In this document: piece by piece, positions 63,966 through 64,000 of the stretch | How positions within the stretch are numbered: the first letter of the stretch is position 1 | How the letters are laid out: the number at the start of each line of letters is the position of its first letter | The notes under the pieces: model-generated | The model's database searches: none | What the model saw: only the letters and a program-made list of their open reading frames with translations | Told to the model about the DNA's origin: nothing | Translations under genes and position numbers: made by a program | Assembly: GCF_009914755.1 (NCBI RefSeq) | Contig: NC_060929.1 | Reading direction: 5' to 3' (one strand) | Source of the DNA: the human T2T-CHM13v2.0 reference genome, Homo sapiens | Length of the DNA stretch: 64,000 nucleotides

Positions 63966-64000
63966 TCTGGCGACCTGTCAAAGTTCAGCCCTAGGAAACC

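Overview
AT-rich, CpG-depleted primate (human-like) genomic DNA, intronic or intergenic. I find no convincing cellular protein-coding exon. Nearly all tracked ORFs are spurious or derive from Alu, L1 or ERV sequence. The dominant feature is a ~6.6 kb internally deleted ERV9/HERV9 provirus (26156-32732) with two LTR12-type LTRs and a CTAG target-site duplication, inserted into a MIR. It carries decayed gag, pro, RT-connection, RNase H and env-TM sequence. The rest is a typical repeat landscape: Alus, L1, L2/MIR, MaLR/ERV1/ERVL solo LTRs, hAT transposons and microsatellites. The most unusual structures are: (i) an ancient ~0.5 kb inverted duplication (39.6-40.1 kb vs 41.9-42.9 kb) with perfectly conserved blocks; (ii) a palindromic TA-rich scar at 2.1-2.8 kb holding two templated copies of a nearby unique sequence; (iii) a loss of the proviral U5 end/PBS, and an LTR-derived 14-mer at the pol deletion junction; (iv) a 53-aa micro-ORF covering the env immunosuppressive domain; (v) several micro template-switch hairpins and a (GGAA)15 tract. 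I cannot support a new biological system from sequence alone. Repeat subfamily names come from recalled consensus sequences, not a database search, and boundaries of old repeats are approximate.
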